In this document: one piece after another, positions 10,475 through 21,118 of the stretch
How the letters are laid out: each line of letters starts with the position of its first letter
How positions within the stretch are numbered: position 1 is the stretch's first letter
From: an uncultured Pelagibacteraceae bacterium
GTDB lineage: Bacteria; Pseudomonadota; Alphaproteobacteria; Pelagibacterales; Pelagibacteraceae
Length of the DNA stretch: 64,000 nt
Assembly (NCBI GenBank): GCA_902524235.1
Contig: CABZCF010000004.1
Coordinates: forward strand, 4,788 to 68,787
Direction: 5' to 3'
Notes under the pieces: generated by a model
Told to the model about the DNA's origin: nothing
Databases searched by the model: none
Seen by the model: only the letters and a program-made list of their open reading frames with translations
Made by a program: the position numbers and the translations under genes

Positions 10475-11744
10475 TAATTCTTTTTATTAAGTTTAATTTT
10501 TTAACTAATTTATTAAAATAAGCTCCCCTATCTTCAAAGTTTTTAAATTGATCAAAAGAGGCTGCAGCTGGGCTAAAAATAATATTTTGACGATTTTTTT
10601 GGTTCATGCAATTTATAATTATTTTTTTTAACGCATCATTTAAATTTTTAAAATAATAAATATTATTTTTATAATTTAATTGATTAATAAAAAATGATCT
10701 GTCTCTTCCATAAATATAATATTTAATATTTTTTTGAAGTTTATCAGGCAAATTTAATTTATCACTTTTTTTTGCTAGACCACCTAATATCCAATGAATA
10801 TTCGTAAAAGATTTTAAAATATTTGAAGATGATGAAAAACTAGTTGATTTTGAGTCATTCATTATCATAACTTTTTTATTTTGATATATAATTTCTTGTC
10901 TAAATGGTAATCCTTTAAAATTATTTATAGTTTTTTTTACGATTTTTTTTTTAATCTTTAATAATTTAGATATATAAATAGCAAAGTTAAAATTTTGAAC
11001 CATATCATTGCTTATAGTTTTATTTTTATCGATAATTTTATTTTTTGATCTACTATTGATTTTAATAATCCTGGTTTTAGTTCTTTTTTGTTTTATGTCT
11101 TTATTTAAAAAAATATTTTTCTCTATAATTCCAGTGCCACCAGGACTTAAATTTTTGAAAAGTTTAAATTTTATTTTCCTGTAGTTTGAAAATGTTTTAT
11201 GTCTATCTAAATGATCTGGAAATATATTTAAAATTGCTGAAATATCGCTTTTAAAATATTTTGAATATTCTATTTGGTAAGATGAAATCTCAACAACAAA
11301 AACTGTTTTTTTTGTAATTTTTTTTTCATTTAAAATTGGTTGACCTATGTTTCCTACAAGTCTTGCATCGATTCCTGCATTCTTTAAAATTTTATGTATT
11401 ATTTTTGTGGTAGTAGACTTGCCATTGGTTCCTGTTATACATATTTTTAAATTTTGTATATTTTTAAAATAAAAAATATCTAAATCACTGATAATCTTAC
11501 TTTTATTTATTAATAGAAATTTTTTTAAATTGCAGACATCTTTGTTAATTCCTGGACTTAAAACAATAAAATCAAATTTTGTTTTATTTAATTTGAAACG
11601 TGAAATTTTGAATTTTTTTGGTAATTTTTTTAATTTGTCGTCGTATATTTTTACAATGTTATCTTTTTTTAAATAATTTAAACATGACTTGCCGCTTCTA
11701 CCGAAACCATAAACAAGAATTTTTTTGTTTTTAAATTCTACCAT
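10461..11744 (-). CDS. murD: UDP-MurNAc-L-Ala--D-glutamate ligase
   Basis: ITGTNGKSTT, EISSYQ, DHLDRH, NDSKST and SPAAASFDQF motifs. Confidence 0.96.
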   Translation of the reverse strand: MVEFKNKKILVYGFGRSGKSCLNYLKKDNIVKIYDDKLKKLPKKFKISRFKLNKTKFDFIVLSPGINKDVCNLKKFLLINKSKIISDLDIFYFKNIQNLKICITGTNGKSTTTKIIHKILKNAGIDARLVGNIGQPILNEKKITKKTVFVVEISSYQIEYSKYFKSDISAILNIFPDHLDRHKTFSNYRKIKFKLFKNLSPGGTGIIEKNIFLNKDIKQKRTKTRIIKINSRSKNKIIDKNKTISNDMVQNFNFAIYISKLLKIKKKIVKKTINNFKGLPFRQEIIYQNKKVMIMNDSKSTSFSSSSNILKSFTNIHWILGGLAKKSDKLNLPDKLQKNIKYYIYGRDRSFFINQLNYKNNIYYFKNLNDALKKIIINCMNQKNRQNIIFSPAAASFDQFKNFEDRGAYFNKLVKKLNLIKRINVKK

Positions 11745-12829
11745 TACCTTAATTTCAAAGTAGCAAGACCTATCATTGCTAATATAATTGAAATTATCCA
11801 GAATCGAATTACGACGGTGGATTCATGCCATCCTTTTTTTTCAAAATGATGATGAATAGGTGCCATTTTAAAAATTCTTTTACCTGTTAATTTAAAAGAT
11901 ATAACTTGTACTATTACCGAAAAAGCTTCAAAAACAAACAAACCTCCAGTAATAGCTAAAACAATTTCGTGCTTAGTAATTATTGATACAGCACCTAATG
12001 AACCACCAAGTGCAAGGGATCCCGTGTCACCCATAAAGATCTTTGCTGGAGGTGCGTTAAACCATAAAAAACCTAAGCACGCTCCAATTATTGCTCCACA
12101 AAAAACTGCTACTTCACCTACACCCTCAATATAAGGAATTTGTAAATACTCTGAGAATACAATATTACCTGTTACGTAACTAATAAATGCAAAGCACGAA
12201 GCTACTAATATTACCGGTACAGTAGCTAAACCATCTAAACCATCAGTTAGATTTACAGCATTTGAAGAGCCAACAATTACAAACAAATAAAAAGGAACAA
12301 AAAACCAACTAAGATTTATGATGACATTTTTAAAGAAAGGAATATACAATTTTTTTAGATCGGCAGGTTCAGCAAGATAGGTTAATATCGCTATTCCAAG
12401 CAATCCTAAAATAATTTGTAAAATTAATTTTAATTTTGGTGATAAGCCATGCGAACTTTTACTTTTAATTTTTTTCAAGTCATCAAATGCCCCTAGGGCT
12501 CCAAAGGAAAATACTATAAATATCAAAAACCAGTTAAAAGGATTTAATAAATCACCCCATAATAAAATTCCAGAAAACAATCCGAGCAAAATTAATAGTC
12601 CTCCCATTGTAGGAGTGCCAATTTTTTTTATAATGTGATCCTTAGGCCCATCTTCTCTTATAGGGTTGTGTATTTGTTTTCTCGAAAAATAATTAATAAA
12701 TGGTGTTCCGACAATAAAAACAACTAGCATGGCAGTGAACATAGAGAGACCAGTTCTAACTGTTAGATATTTAAATACATTTAAAAAAGAAAATGTATCA
12801 ATAAAGCTTATTAGCAAACTATATAACAT
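11744..12829 (-). CDS. mraY: Phospho-MurNAc-pentapeptide transferase
   Basis: TPTMGG, NAVNLTDGLDGL, FMGDTGS and APIHHHFE motifs. Confidence 0.98.
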   Translation of the reverse strand: MLYSLLISFIDTFSFLNVFKYLTVRTGLSMFTAMLVVFIVGTPFINYFSRKQIHNPIREDGPKDHIIKKIGTPTMGGLLILLGLFSGILLWGDLLNPFNWFLIFIVFSFGALGAFDDLKKIKSKSSHGLSPKLKLILQIILGLLGIAILTYLAEPADLKKLYIPFFKNVIINLSWFFVPFYLFVIVGSSNAVNLTDGLDGLATVPVILVASCFAFISYVTGNIVFSEYLQIPYIEGVGEVAVFCGAIIGACLGFLWFNAPPAKIFMGDTGSLALGGSLGAVSIITKHEIVLAITGGLFVFEAFSVIVQVISFKLTGKRIFKMAPIHHHFEKKGWHESTVVIRFWIISIILAMIGLATLKLR

Positions 12830-12831
12830 TT

Positions 12832-15657
12832 TTAAATACTCTTTAGTTTAGATACAATTGTATTTAAACCCGTAGAATTTGAACCTTTTACCATCAAATA
12901 ATTATTATTATCTATCTTATTTTGTATAAAATTTAAAATTTCGTTTTTATTATTAAACATTTTACCTTTTTTTTGTGTTTGAATTTTGTTTAATGTATGC
13001 CTTATATGCTTACCGTACACATGAACTTTATCTATATTTGAGTTGTTTATTATATCAGAAACTTGAACATGAAGCTTTTTTGAAAATTTGCCCAGTTCCA
13101 TCATATCACCAAGTATTAATATTTTTTTTGATTTTTTTACATTTATATTGTTAAATTTTTTGATTGAAAAATTTAATGACAATGGATTGGAATTATAACT
13201 TTCATCAATAAGGTTTATTACTTTATTTTTAAGTTTTATCTTCGAAATTTTACCTCTTCCCGTGGGTATTTGAAAATTATAAAATATTCTCTTGTTTATT
13301 TTTTCAATATTAAAATAAATTGATAATATTGATATTACCCCTAGTATATTTTCAACATATGGCACAAGATTATTTTTTATTTGAAAAAAATGAATACGCT
13401 TATTAATAATTACGTAAATTTTAGAGAATTTTTTTTTATATTTAATTTTATATAATTGAATATCTGATATTTTTTTTTTACTGTAAGTTAAAATTTTTAT
13501 ATTTCTTTTTTTTGCCTTATTAGCGAAATAATTATAAAACTTATCATCTTTATTTAAGATAATTGTTCCCTCATCTTTCATTTGATCAATTATCTCACTT
13601 TTTGCATTTGCAATATCATTTATATTTTTAAAGTTCTTTATGTGCGCATGGGAAATATTAGTTATTACAGCAACATTTGGTTTGACTAATTTAGTTAGGC
13701 TTTCTATTTCTCCATGTTTATCCATACCAATCTCAAACACTCCAAATTCGTGTTTTTTTTTTATTTGAAATAGAGATAAAGGCACACCGAACTTATTGTT
13801 AAAAGATTTTTTTGAATAAGTTGTGTGCCTTAGTTGTGCAAGTGAATTTCCTAAAAGATCTTTAAAACTTGTTTTTCCAGCACTTCCCGTGATACCTATT
13901 GCCTGAATATTTGATACCTCTCTTATTATTTTTGAAACTTTTGAAAAGGTTTTAAGGCTATTTTTTACTTTAATTTTTTTATTATTTTTTTTTGAAAAAT
14001 TTTTATCTACTATAGATAGCACTGCTCCATTTTTAATTGCTGCGTTTGCAAATTTATTTCCATCATGTTTTTTTCCCTTAATCCCAAAAAAAATTGAACT
14101 TTTAGAAATTTTATTGGAATTAATTGATGCATTTTGAATATTTAATTTATTACTTAATTTTAGATTTTTTAAATTTTCTTTTAAGATATTAGTTTTCCAT
14201 TCGCTAGAAAGTTTATTATTTTTTAATATAATATATTTTTTAATTAATAATTTATCAGAAAATTTAATTTTTTTTTTATATTGTTGATAATTCTCATGAC
14301 CCTTACCTGCAACTATTAGAACGTCACCGGATTTAAGTTCAAATATCGATTTTTTTATAGCATTTTCTCTTGAAGATATTTCGATTAATCTTTTTTTATT
14401 TATATTTTCTTTAATTTGATTTCTTATTTTTTTTGGATCTTCATTTCTAGGGTTGTCATCTGTTAGAAAAATTTTATCACACAATTCATTTGCTATTTTT
14501 CCCATTATTGATCTCTTAATTTTATCTCTATCTCCACCACAGCCAAAAACTAAAAATATTCTGCTAAAAGAAAATTGTTTTTTTATATTTTTTATGCAGG
14601 TCCTTAATGCCTCTGGAGTATGTGAATAATCTAAAATAACTCTTGAATTATTTTTTATTTGTCCAATCATCTCAAATCTTCCATTAACGGGTTTAATTTT
14701 TTTGATTTTATCGACAATATTGTTGATTGGAATTAATCTACTCGCAGCTATTATTGCCATCATTAAGTTTTTTATTTGTACATTACCAATCAAATTGGTT
14801 TCGAAAGAATATTCTTTATTATGAAATTTAAATTTTATGATTTGGTTATTTTTTATAAACGTATGAGATAAAATTTTAAATCCTTCGTTATCACCTAATA
14901 TAGCTTGTTTTAATTTTTTGTTTTTACATATATTTTTTAATTTAACCGCTTCACTGATTTCATTATCAAATACTACTAATCCTTTTTTTTTTAAAAGTTT
15001 TTTAAATAATATAAGTTTTGAGTCTAGGTATCTTGTATATGATTTATGATAATCTAAGTGATCCCTAGAAAAATTTGTAAATATACCTGTATCAAATCTA
15101 ATTCCATTTAATCTTTGTTGATGTAATCCATGGCTAGAAGCCTCAAGTATCACATTATCTATTTTACGTTTTTTTAATTTTTCTAATAATTTATTCAAAT
15201 TAACTGGATCTAATGTTGTGTTAGCTGTTTTTATATTAATTGATTTTCCTTTAACACCTAAAGTGCCAATAGAAACTGATTTAATATTATTTAATTCGCA
15301 AATTTGTTGGTAAAAGTTTGCTACAGACGATTTTCCGTTTGTACCAGTTACTGCAACGATATTATTTGGTTTTTTTGAATAAATTTTATTCGATATTTCT
15401 GCTAAGATTTTTCTTGGATGCTTATTATATACATATAAGGTCTTGTCTTTGATGCCCTGAAATTTTAAATTTGAAATAATTGTCCTTGCCCCGTTTTTGA
15501 TTGCTTGATTAATATATAAATTTCCATTTTTTTTATTGCCCTGAATGGAAACAAAAATATCGTTTTTTTTACATTTTTTACTATTAAATTTAATGTCAGA
15601 AAAAATATGAGATTTATATTTGTTATTTAAATTTTTTATTACTTTGCCTATTTGCAT
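12832..15657 (-). CDS. murEF: Bifunctional MurE-MurF fusion ligase
   Basis: N-terminal half has GTNGKSS, EASSHGL, DHLDYH, GGDRD and the meso-DAP motif DDNPR (MurE). C-terminal half has GSAGKTS, FNNKFGVP, DESYNSNP and VKGS (MurF). One 941-aa ORF. Confidence 0.93.
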   Translation of the reverse strand: MQIGKVIKNLNNKYKSHIFSDIKFNSKKCKKNDIFVSIQGNKKNGNLYINQAIKNGARTIISNLKFQGIKDKTLYVYNKHPRKILAEISNKIYSKKPNNIVAVTGTNGKSSVANFYQQICELNNIKSVSIGTLGVKGKSINIKTANTTLDPVNLNKLLEKLKKRKIDNVILEASSHGLHQQRLNGIRFDTGIFTNFSRDHLDYHKSYTRYLDSKLILFKKLLKKKGLVVFDNEISEAVKLKNICKNKKLKQAILGDNEGFKILSHTFIKNNQIIKFKFHNKEYSFETNLIGNVQIKNLMMAIIAASRLIPINNIVDKIKKIKPVNGRFEMIGQIKNNSRVILDYSHTPEALRTCIKNIKKQFSFSRIFLVFGCGGDRDKIKRSIMGKIANELCDKIFLTDDNPRNEDPKKIRNQIKENINKKRLIEISSRENAIKKSIFELKSGDVLIVAGKGHENYQQYKKKIKFSDKLLIKKYIILKNNKLSSEWKTNILKENLKNLKLSNKLNIQNASINSNKISKSSIFFGIKGKKHDGNKFANAAIKNGAVLSIVDKNFSKKNNKKIKVKNSLKTFSKVSKIIREVSNIQAIGITGSAGKTSFKDLLGNSLAQLRHTTYSKKSFNNKFGVPLSLFQIKKKHEFGVFEIGMDKHGEIESLTKLVKPNVAVITNISHAHIKNFKNINDIANAKSEIIDQMKDEGTIILNKDDKFYNYFANKAKKRNIKILTYSKKKISDIQLYKIKYKKKFSKIYVIINKRIHFFQIKNNLVPYVENILGVISILSIYFNIEKINKRIFYNFQIPTGRGKISKIKLKNKVINLIDESYNSNPLSLNFSIKKFNNINVKKSKKILILGDMMELGKFSKKLHVQVSDIINNSNIDKVHVYGKHIRHTLNKIQTQKKGKMFNNKNEILNFIQNKIDNNNYLMVKGSNSTGLNTIVSKLKSI

Positions 15658-15669
15658 TAAAATAAATTC

Positions 15670-17334
15670 TTAGTATTTTGTGGCTAAAATTGGCCCAATT
15701 TTTTCGATCATACGACCAGCAATTTCAACTGAAGTCCATCCAGCAGTATTGCGCCAGTTTCCTTTATACTTAAATCCTGATCCATCTCTATAATTATAAA
15801 CATAGTCTTTATTTACTTTCGGTTCGTCCAGTAAAACTAGTAAAACGTATTGAGGGTTTTTGGATGGAAAGACTGCAACAAATGTATTAACTTTTTCTTT
15901 CGAATATTTGCCCATTAAGGTTTTTTGAGCTGTTCCTGTTTTTCCTCCAACGTCGTAACCTGGAACATTTGCAAAACCAGCAGTGCCCTCTTTAGATGAA
16001 ACAATTTTTCTTAGTGTAGAATTTACTTGTGAAGAGATGCCTTCATTAAGTATCTTATTATTTTTTGATTTGTAAAAATTTTCCTGCTTAATTAAAGTTG
16101 GTTTAACTATGTATCCACCATTAGAAATAATTGCGTAAGCTTTAGTTAACTGCAAGGCTGTAGTAGTTATACCATGGCCAAAAGAACTTGTAGCCAGCTT
16201 GCATTTACCCCAAGTTAATGGCAATGGACTTCCCACCTCTTCAATATCAAAGTTGATTTTTTCAGTAATACCTAGTTTGTCTAAAAAACTTTTAAATTTT
16301 TCTATACCAACTTTTTGAGCAATACGAACTGATCCTATATTACCAGATCTAACTAATATTTCTTCCGCAGTTATATTTTCTGGAATTTCTTCGTCATATT
16401 CCGAAATAATATTCTTTCCACATCTAATTCTTTTTTCTAAGTTTTTAAATTCTGAATCAACATTTATTAAATTCTCATTCAAACCTGCGGTAAAAGTAAA
16501 TGTTTTAAATACTGAACCAAGCTCATAAATTGCCTTTGTGGCTCTATTGATATAAATTTTGTCAGTAATTTTTTCTCTTTTATTTAAATCAAAATCTGGC
16601 ATAGACAACATTGAAAGTATTTCACCATTATTTATATCCATTAATATTGCAGCACTACCAACATTATTAAAAATTTTCTTTGAAAATAAAAGTTCGTCTC
16701 GCATAAGATATTGAATATTAGTATCTAAAGTTAGCTGAATTGGATCCTCTGAAGATTTTAATTCGTAATCAAAAAACTTTTCAATGCCAGAAATACCTTT
16801 ATTGTCCTCATCAATTTGACCCAATATATGACTGAACAAATTCCCCTGAGGATAAACTCTTGATATTTTAGACTCTTCTCTAATTGACTTGTCTCCTAAC
16901 AGAAATAATTGTCTATATTGATTTTGAGAAATTTTCTTTTCAATATAAAAAAATTTATTTTTTTTTAATTTTTTTTTAATATCATCAAAATTCTTATTTG
17001 GAAAAATTAACTGTAGGTTAATCAGTAATTTATCCTCATCAATAACTTCTTTTGGATCTATACCAATATTTTTAGTAATAACGGTTTTAGCAATTATGTT
17101 ACCATTTCTATCAATAATTGATGATCTGAAATCTGAATTATTTAAAAAGATTTTTTTTTTGGGAAGATCTTTGCCAGTTAGAAAGATAATTTTTAAAGTA
17201 AAAGTTAAAAAAATAAAAACAGATACAAAAAATATGAATGCAATTCTATTAAATGATATAGAGATATTTGAGTGGTTTATTTTATAATTAAAATTACTAT
17301 TATATTCTTCTAAAACTAATTTCTTACTATTCAT
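15670..17334 (-). CDS. ftsI: Penicillin-binding protein 3 (class B transpeptidase)
   Basis: SxxK (SVFK), SxN (SGN) and KTG motifs; N-terminal TM. Confidence 0.94.
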   Translation of the reverse strand: MNSKKLVLEEYNSNFNYKINHSNISISFNRIAFIFFVSVFIFLTFTLKIIFLTGKDLPKKKIFLNNSDFRSSIIDRNGNIIAKTVITKNIGIDPKEVIDEDKLLINLQLIFPNKNFDDIKKKLKKNKFFYIEKKISQNQYRQLFLLGDKSIREESKISRVYPQGNLFSHILGQIDEDNKGISGIEKFFDYELKSSEDPIQLTLDTNIQYLMRDELLFSKKIFNNVGSAAILMDINNGEILSMLSMPDFDLNKREKITDKIYINRATKAIYELGSVFKTFTFTAGLNENLINVDSEFKNLEKRIRCGKNIISEYDEEIPENITAEEILVRSGNIGSVRIAQKVGIEKFKSFLDKLGITEKINFDIEEVGSPLPLTWGKCKLATSSFGHGITTTALQLTKAYAIISNGGYIVKPTLIKQENFYKSKNNKILNEGISSQVNSTLRKIVSSKEGTAGFANVPGYDVGGKTGTAQKTLMGKYSKEKVNTFVAVFPSKNPQYVLLVLLDEPKVNKDYVYNYRDGSGFKYKGNWRNTAGWTSVEIAGRMIEKIGPILATKY

Positions 17335-17659
17335 TTTGTAAAAATTTATCTAATTCTTTAATCTCAAAAGAATTTTTGTTAAATTCTATTTGTTTTAAGT
17401 CATCAATTTTAAGAGGCACTAAATTATCATCAAAGTATAATCTATGATATTCCATTAGTTTTTCAGGGGAGGTAAGGTAATTATATTCCAATAACATTAT
17501 TTGGTGCTCTAATTTGTTTTTGCTAATACTTTCTCTGGTTAAATAAATTTCTTCCTCTAAATCTTTGGTCTTATTTTTAATTAGAGTAGTAGAAAATATT
17601 AAAATTAAAGTGATAGTAAAAATTGTTATGTTTTTAAAATTCATTAGATAAATTTTCAA
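17327..17659 (-). CDS. ftsL: Cell division protein FtsL-like (start uncertain)
   Basis: TM plus coiled coil, EYNYLTSPEKL motif; between rsmH and ftsI. Confidence 0.75.
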   Translation of the reverse strand: MKIYLMNFKNITIFTITLILIFSTTLIKNKTKDLEEEIYLTRESISKNKLEHQIMLLEYNYLTSPEKLMEYHRLYFDDNLVPLKIDDLKQIEFNKNSFEIKELDKFLQNE

Positions 17660-18641
17660 TTTTCAATAAACTTTCAAATTTTGATATGAAATCATTAAAA
17701 TCTCCAGATTCTCTTATTTTAATACCGTACCTAAGTTTAGCACTTCTAGATGGTGGATTCTTCTCTATTTCTGATTGATTTGGATAAATAGGTTTGTTGT
17801 TTGCCAGTTTAAATAATAATTTAATTTTATTATTACTTTCAGGATAGTATCTAGAACTATTTTTTATCTCAGAATAATTTTTAAAAAAATATTTTACTAT
17901 TTTATCTTCAATAGAATGAAAAGTGACTACGACAATAATTCCTCCAACAGGTAATAATTTAAAACTATTTATTAAACCATAAATTAACTCGCTTATTTCC
18001 TTATTAACAAAAATTCTTAAAGCTTGAAAAGTTTTTGTTGCATTATGAATTTTACCCTTTTTATAACCTTTGGCACGATCTATAATTGATACCAGATCAT
18101 GTGTTAATATTTTTTTCTTAGATCTTTGTTGTATTATTTTTTTAGCTATTAATTTTGCTTTTTGTTCTTCACCAAAACCTCTGATAATTTTTGCGAGATT
18201 CTCTTGATTGAGCTTATTAATTACATCTTCTGCTGAGAAATCATTAATTCCCATTTTCATGTTTAATTTAGATTTGCTTTTAAATGATATTCCTCTGTTG
18301 AGATCGTTTATTTGGTTTAAGGAATATCCTAAATCAAAAATTATACCTTTTAAATTTTCAGTTTTGGGCGATAAAGAAATTATTTCACTAAATTTTAAAT
18401 TATAAAAATTAAATTTAGAGCCAAATTTTTTTTTTAAAGACAGTGCCTTGTCTAACACCTCCTTATCTCTATCTAATGCGATAACTTTATTGTTTGAATT
18501 TTCTAATATTTTTTTAGAATAACCACCTTGACCAAATGTACAATCTATAAAGGTGCCACCATAAAGAGGGGAAATAATGCTCTCTAATTCATTAAGCAAT
18601 ACTGGAAAATGTTTTTTTTCCAATTTTATGGTGGCATTCAT
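17634..18641 (-). CDS. rsmH: 16S rRNA m4C1402 methyltransferase
   Basis: HFPVLL, DCTFGQGG, TFQALRIFVN, TFHSIED and SRSAKLR motifs. Confidence 0.96.
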   Translation of the reverse strand: MNATIKLEKKHFPVLLNELESIISPLYGGTFIDCTFGQGGYSKKILENSNNKVIALDRDKEVLDKALSLKKKFGSKFNFYNLKFSEIISLSPKTENLKGIIFDLGYSLNQINDLNRGISFKSKSKLNMKMGINDFSAEDVINKLNQENLAKIIRGFGEEQKAKLIAKKIIQQRSKKKILTHDLVSIIDRAKGYKKGKIHNATKTFQALRIFVNKEISELIYGLINSFKLLPVGGIIVVVTFHSIEDKIVKYFFKNYSEIKNSSRYYPESNNKIKLLFKLANNKPIYPNQSEIEKNPPSRSAKLRYGIKIRESGDFNDFISKFESLLKIENLSNEF

Positions 18642-18659
18642 TTATTTTTTTGAAGAACA

Positions 18660-20126
18660 TTAATTCTTTTGTCTTCTCAAAAATGCTGGAATTTCTAAAT
18701 CGTCTTCCTCATCTTTTGTTTTCTCAGTATCTTCGAAAGACGTAAATTTTTCCTCTAAATTTTCATCTGAGTTAAATAAATCTGGTGTACTCTCTTCGAT
18801 TTCATCTATTCCAAAATTTTCAAGACCGTTTGAATCGTCTTTTTGTTCAGTTTCCAAAATTAAAGGATTATTGCCTTCATGATTATCTTCTTCAATTTTT
18901 TCATCTAAAATTTGTTCATTTATTATTTCAGATGATGCAATAGCTGAATAATCTTTCTCTACTTCGCTATTAGCAATGTTTGCACTTTCTATTTTCATCT
19001 CTTCCTCAATTTTCAAAGCCGTAGCACCATCTGTTGCTTGCGATGCTTGAGCTTGAAAATTTAACGCATTTGAATTGCTTAAGTTTGAAAAATCTGAATA
19101 TCCAGGATTTCTGTTATGGATACGATGTACCATATTTATTACAGATTTTGCTTCGGGTTGTTGACCGTCTAAGGCCGTAGCTACAATAGATACTCTCATT
19201 TTTCCATCTAAACTTGGATCAGTTATTGCACCGATAATCAGCTCAGCTTCTTGATCAACTTCTGCTCTTACTTTATTAACTGCCTCGTCCACTTCAAAGA
19301 GTTTAAGATCTTTTCCGCCGGTTATGTTAACAAGTAAACCCCTTGCACCCTTTAATGTATAGTCATCTATTAAAGGATTATTTATTGCCATCTCTGCTGC
19401 TTTAGTAGCTCTTCCTTCTCCTTCAGCTTCGCCAGTTCCCATCATAGCTTTACCCATTGAACTCATTACTGTCTCAACATCTGCAAAATCAAGATTAATA
19501 AGCCCAGGTCTTACCATTAAATCTGTAATACTTTGAACACCATGTAAAAGAACATCATTTGAAAGTTCAAATGACTCTTCAAATGTGGTTTGTTCGCTGG
19601 CAATTTTAAATAAGTTTTGGTTAGGAACTACAATAATAGTATCAACATGTTTTCTCAATTCCTCTAAGCCTGATTGTGCCCTTCTCATTCTTGATGGACC
19701 TTCATATAAAAAAGGTAAAGTAACAACTCCAACAGTCAAAATATTCAACTCCTTAGCAGCTCGTGCAATTACATGGGCAGAGCCTGTCCCAGTTCCACCA
19801 CCCATTCCAGCAGTTATAAAAACCATGTTTGCACCCTGCAGTATATTAACTATTTCGTTTAAAGATTCGTCAGCTGCTGCCTGTCCGATATCTAATTTAG
19901 CTCCAGCACCTAAACCTTTAGTTAAATTTAAACCAATCTGAACTTTTGCATTGGCTTTACTTAATTTAAGATCTTGTGCATCAGTGTTTACTGCAATAAA
20001 TTCCACACCTTGGAGACCATGATCAATCATGCCATTGATTGCATTTCCTCCAGCTCCCCCAACTCCCATTACTAATATTCTAGGTTTAAGTTCTTTTATA
20101 TCCGGTGCTTTAAAGTTAATTGTCAT
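18660..20126 (-). CDS. ftsZ: Cell division protein FtsZ
   Basis: GGGTGTG tubulin motif, NLDFADV, acidic linker and C-terminal [10 protein letters not shown]. Confidence 0.99.
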   Translation of the reverse strand: MTINFKAPDIKELKPRILVMGVGGAGGNAINGMIDHGLQGVEFIAVNTDAQDLKLSKANAKVQIGLNLTKGLGAGAKLDIGQAAADESLNEIVNILQGANMVFITAGMGGGTGTGSAHVIARAAKELNILTVGVVTLPFLYEGPSRMRRAQSGLEELRKHVDTIIVVPNQNLFKIASEQTTFEESFELSNDVLLHGVQSITDLMVRPGLINLDFADVETVMSSMGKAMMGTGEAEGEGRATKAAEMAINNPLIDDYTLKGARGLLVNITGGKDLKLFEVDEAVNKVRAEVDQEAELIIGAITDPSLDGKMRVSIVATALDGQQPEAKSVINMVHRIHNRNPGYSDFSNLSNSNALNFQAQASQATDGATALKIEEEMKIESANIANSEVEKDYSAIASSEIINEQILDEKIEEDNHEGNNPLILETEQKDDSNGLENFGIDEIEESTPDLFNSDENLEEKFTSFEDTEKTKDEEDDLEIPAFLRRQKN

Positions 20127-20136
20127 TTTTCCCCCT

Positions 20137-20592
20137 CTAGTTATTAAGTTTTTGCTCCCATTTAAGGCTTGAACGATTAATATTTGATTTCTTCCTTGCT
20201 GTTACCTTAAATTTCTCGAATAAAGTTGGTTCCCAGATTTGAAATGTTTTCCCCTGGCCAACAAATATCATGCTAGTTTTTATTTTTGCATGCTTTAATA
20301 ATTTACCAGTTAACAGTATTCTACCTTCACTATCGAACTGTAAGTTAATACTTTCTGATAAAATAGATGTAGCGAAATAATCTTTTTTTTCTTCAAAAGG
20401 ATTAAGATTATCAATTGCATTAGTAATTTTTTCAATTCTATCTTGTGGCCAGGCCTCTAAACATTGATGATTAAACGATGGGTAACAAATTACCCCGTTA
20501 TATCCTAAGTTTGAGAGATATGATCTATAAGAAGCAGGCACAGAAACTCTTCCTTTTTTGTCTAGTTTGTTTTCGTAAGTCGATAAAAACAT
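20137..20592 (-). CDS. mraZ: Transcriptional regulator MraZ
   Basis: Twin DxxGR motifs (DKKGRV, DSEGRI) and FQIWEP. Confidence 0.96.
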   Translation of the reverse strand: MFLSTYENKLDKKGRVSVPASYRSYLSNLGYNGVICYPSFNHQCLEAWPQDRIEKITNAIDNLNPFEEKKDYFATSILSESINLQFDSEGRILLTGKLLKHAKIKTSMIFVGQGKTFQIWEPTLFEKFKVTARKKSNINRSSLKWEQKLNN

Positions 20593-20611
20593 ATTTCATA
20601 TATTCCCAATT

Positions 20612-20635
20612 TGGGTTTATATGGGATACTATGGG
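20612..20635. promoter_or_regulatory. Putative MraZ operator: three TGGG repeats at 10-bp period
   Basis: tTGGGtttat aTGGGatact aTGGGtttta lies just upstream of mraZ. MraZ is known to bind periodic TGGG-type repeats. Confidence 0.7.
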
Positions 20636-20716
20636 TTTTATAGATACGCGTCAATAGTTATATTTAAGGTCGAATTGATAGATTATTTTAGGTAAAATTA
20701 AATTTATTGGAATTAT

Positions 20717-21073
20717 GTCAGGTAGACTGTAAGCCGGGTTCTGTCGTTTAAACTTACCATTTATCTAGGCCTTAAATCACTTTAAGGCTCAAGCAACTAA
20801 CCCAGACGACTAGCTAAAGACTGCTTTTAGTTAAAAAACAATGTCGTCTCTATTCAGTCTTGCTCTCGGTGGGGTTTTCCATGCGTTAAATGTTACCATT
20901 CAACCGGTGTGCTCTTACCACACCTTTTCACCCTTGCCTTGATAAGGCGGTTTATTTTCTGTGGCACTATCCCTAGGGTCGCCCCCGCCAGTCATTAACT
21001 GGCACCGTGTCTTTATAGAGTCCGGACTTTCCTCTTTAAACATTAGTTTAAAGTGATAAGTCATCTACCTGAC
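20717..21073 (-). ncRNA. rnpB: RNase P RNA (class A)
   Basis: Minus strand has GAGGAAAGTCCGGACT and ACAGAACCCGGCTTAC. The ends GTCAGGTAGA and TCTACCTGAC pair as helix P1. Confidence 0.97.
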
Positions 21074-21118
21074 AAAGATAAAATATTTATTATTTTCAAA
21101 TTTTCAACTACTAAAATT

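Noticed and set aside
6300-17160. Long A/T homopolymers in dcw genes as phase-variation tracts
   Set aside because: The frames are intact and the runs are Lys/Phe codons, typical of very low GC.
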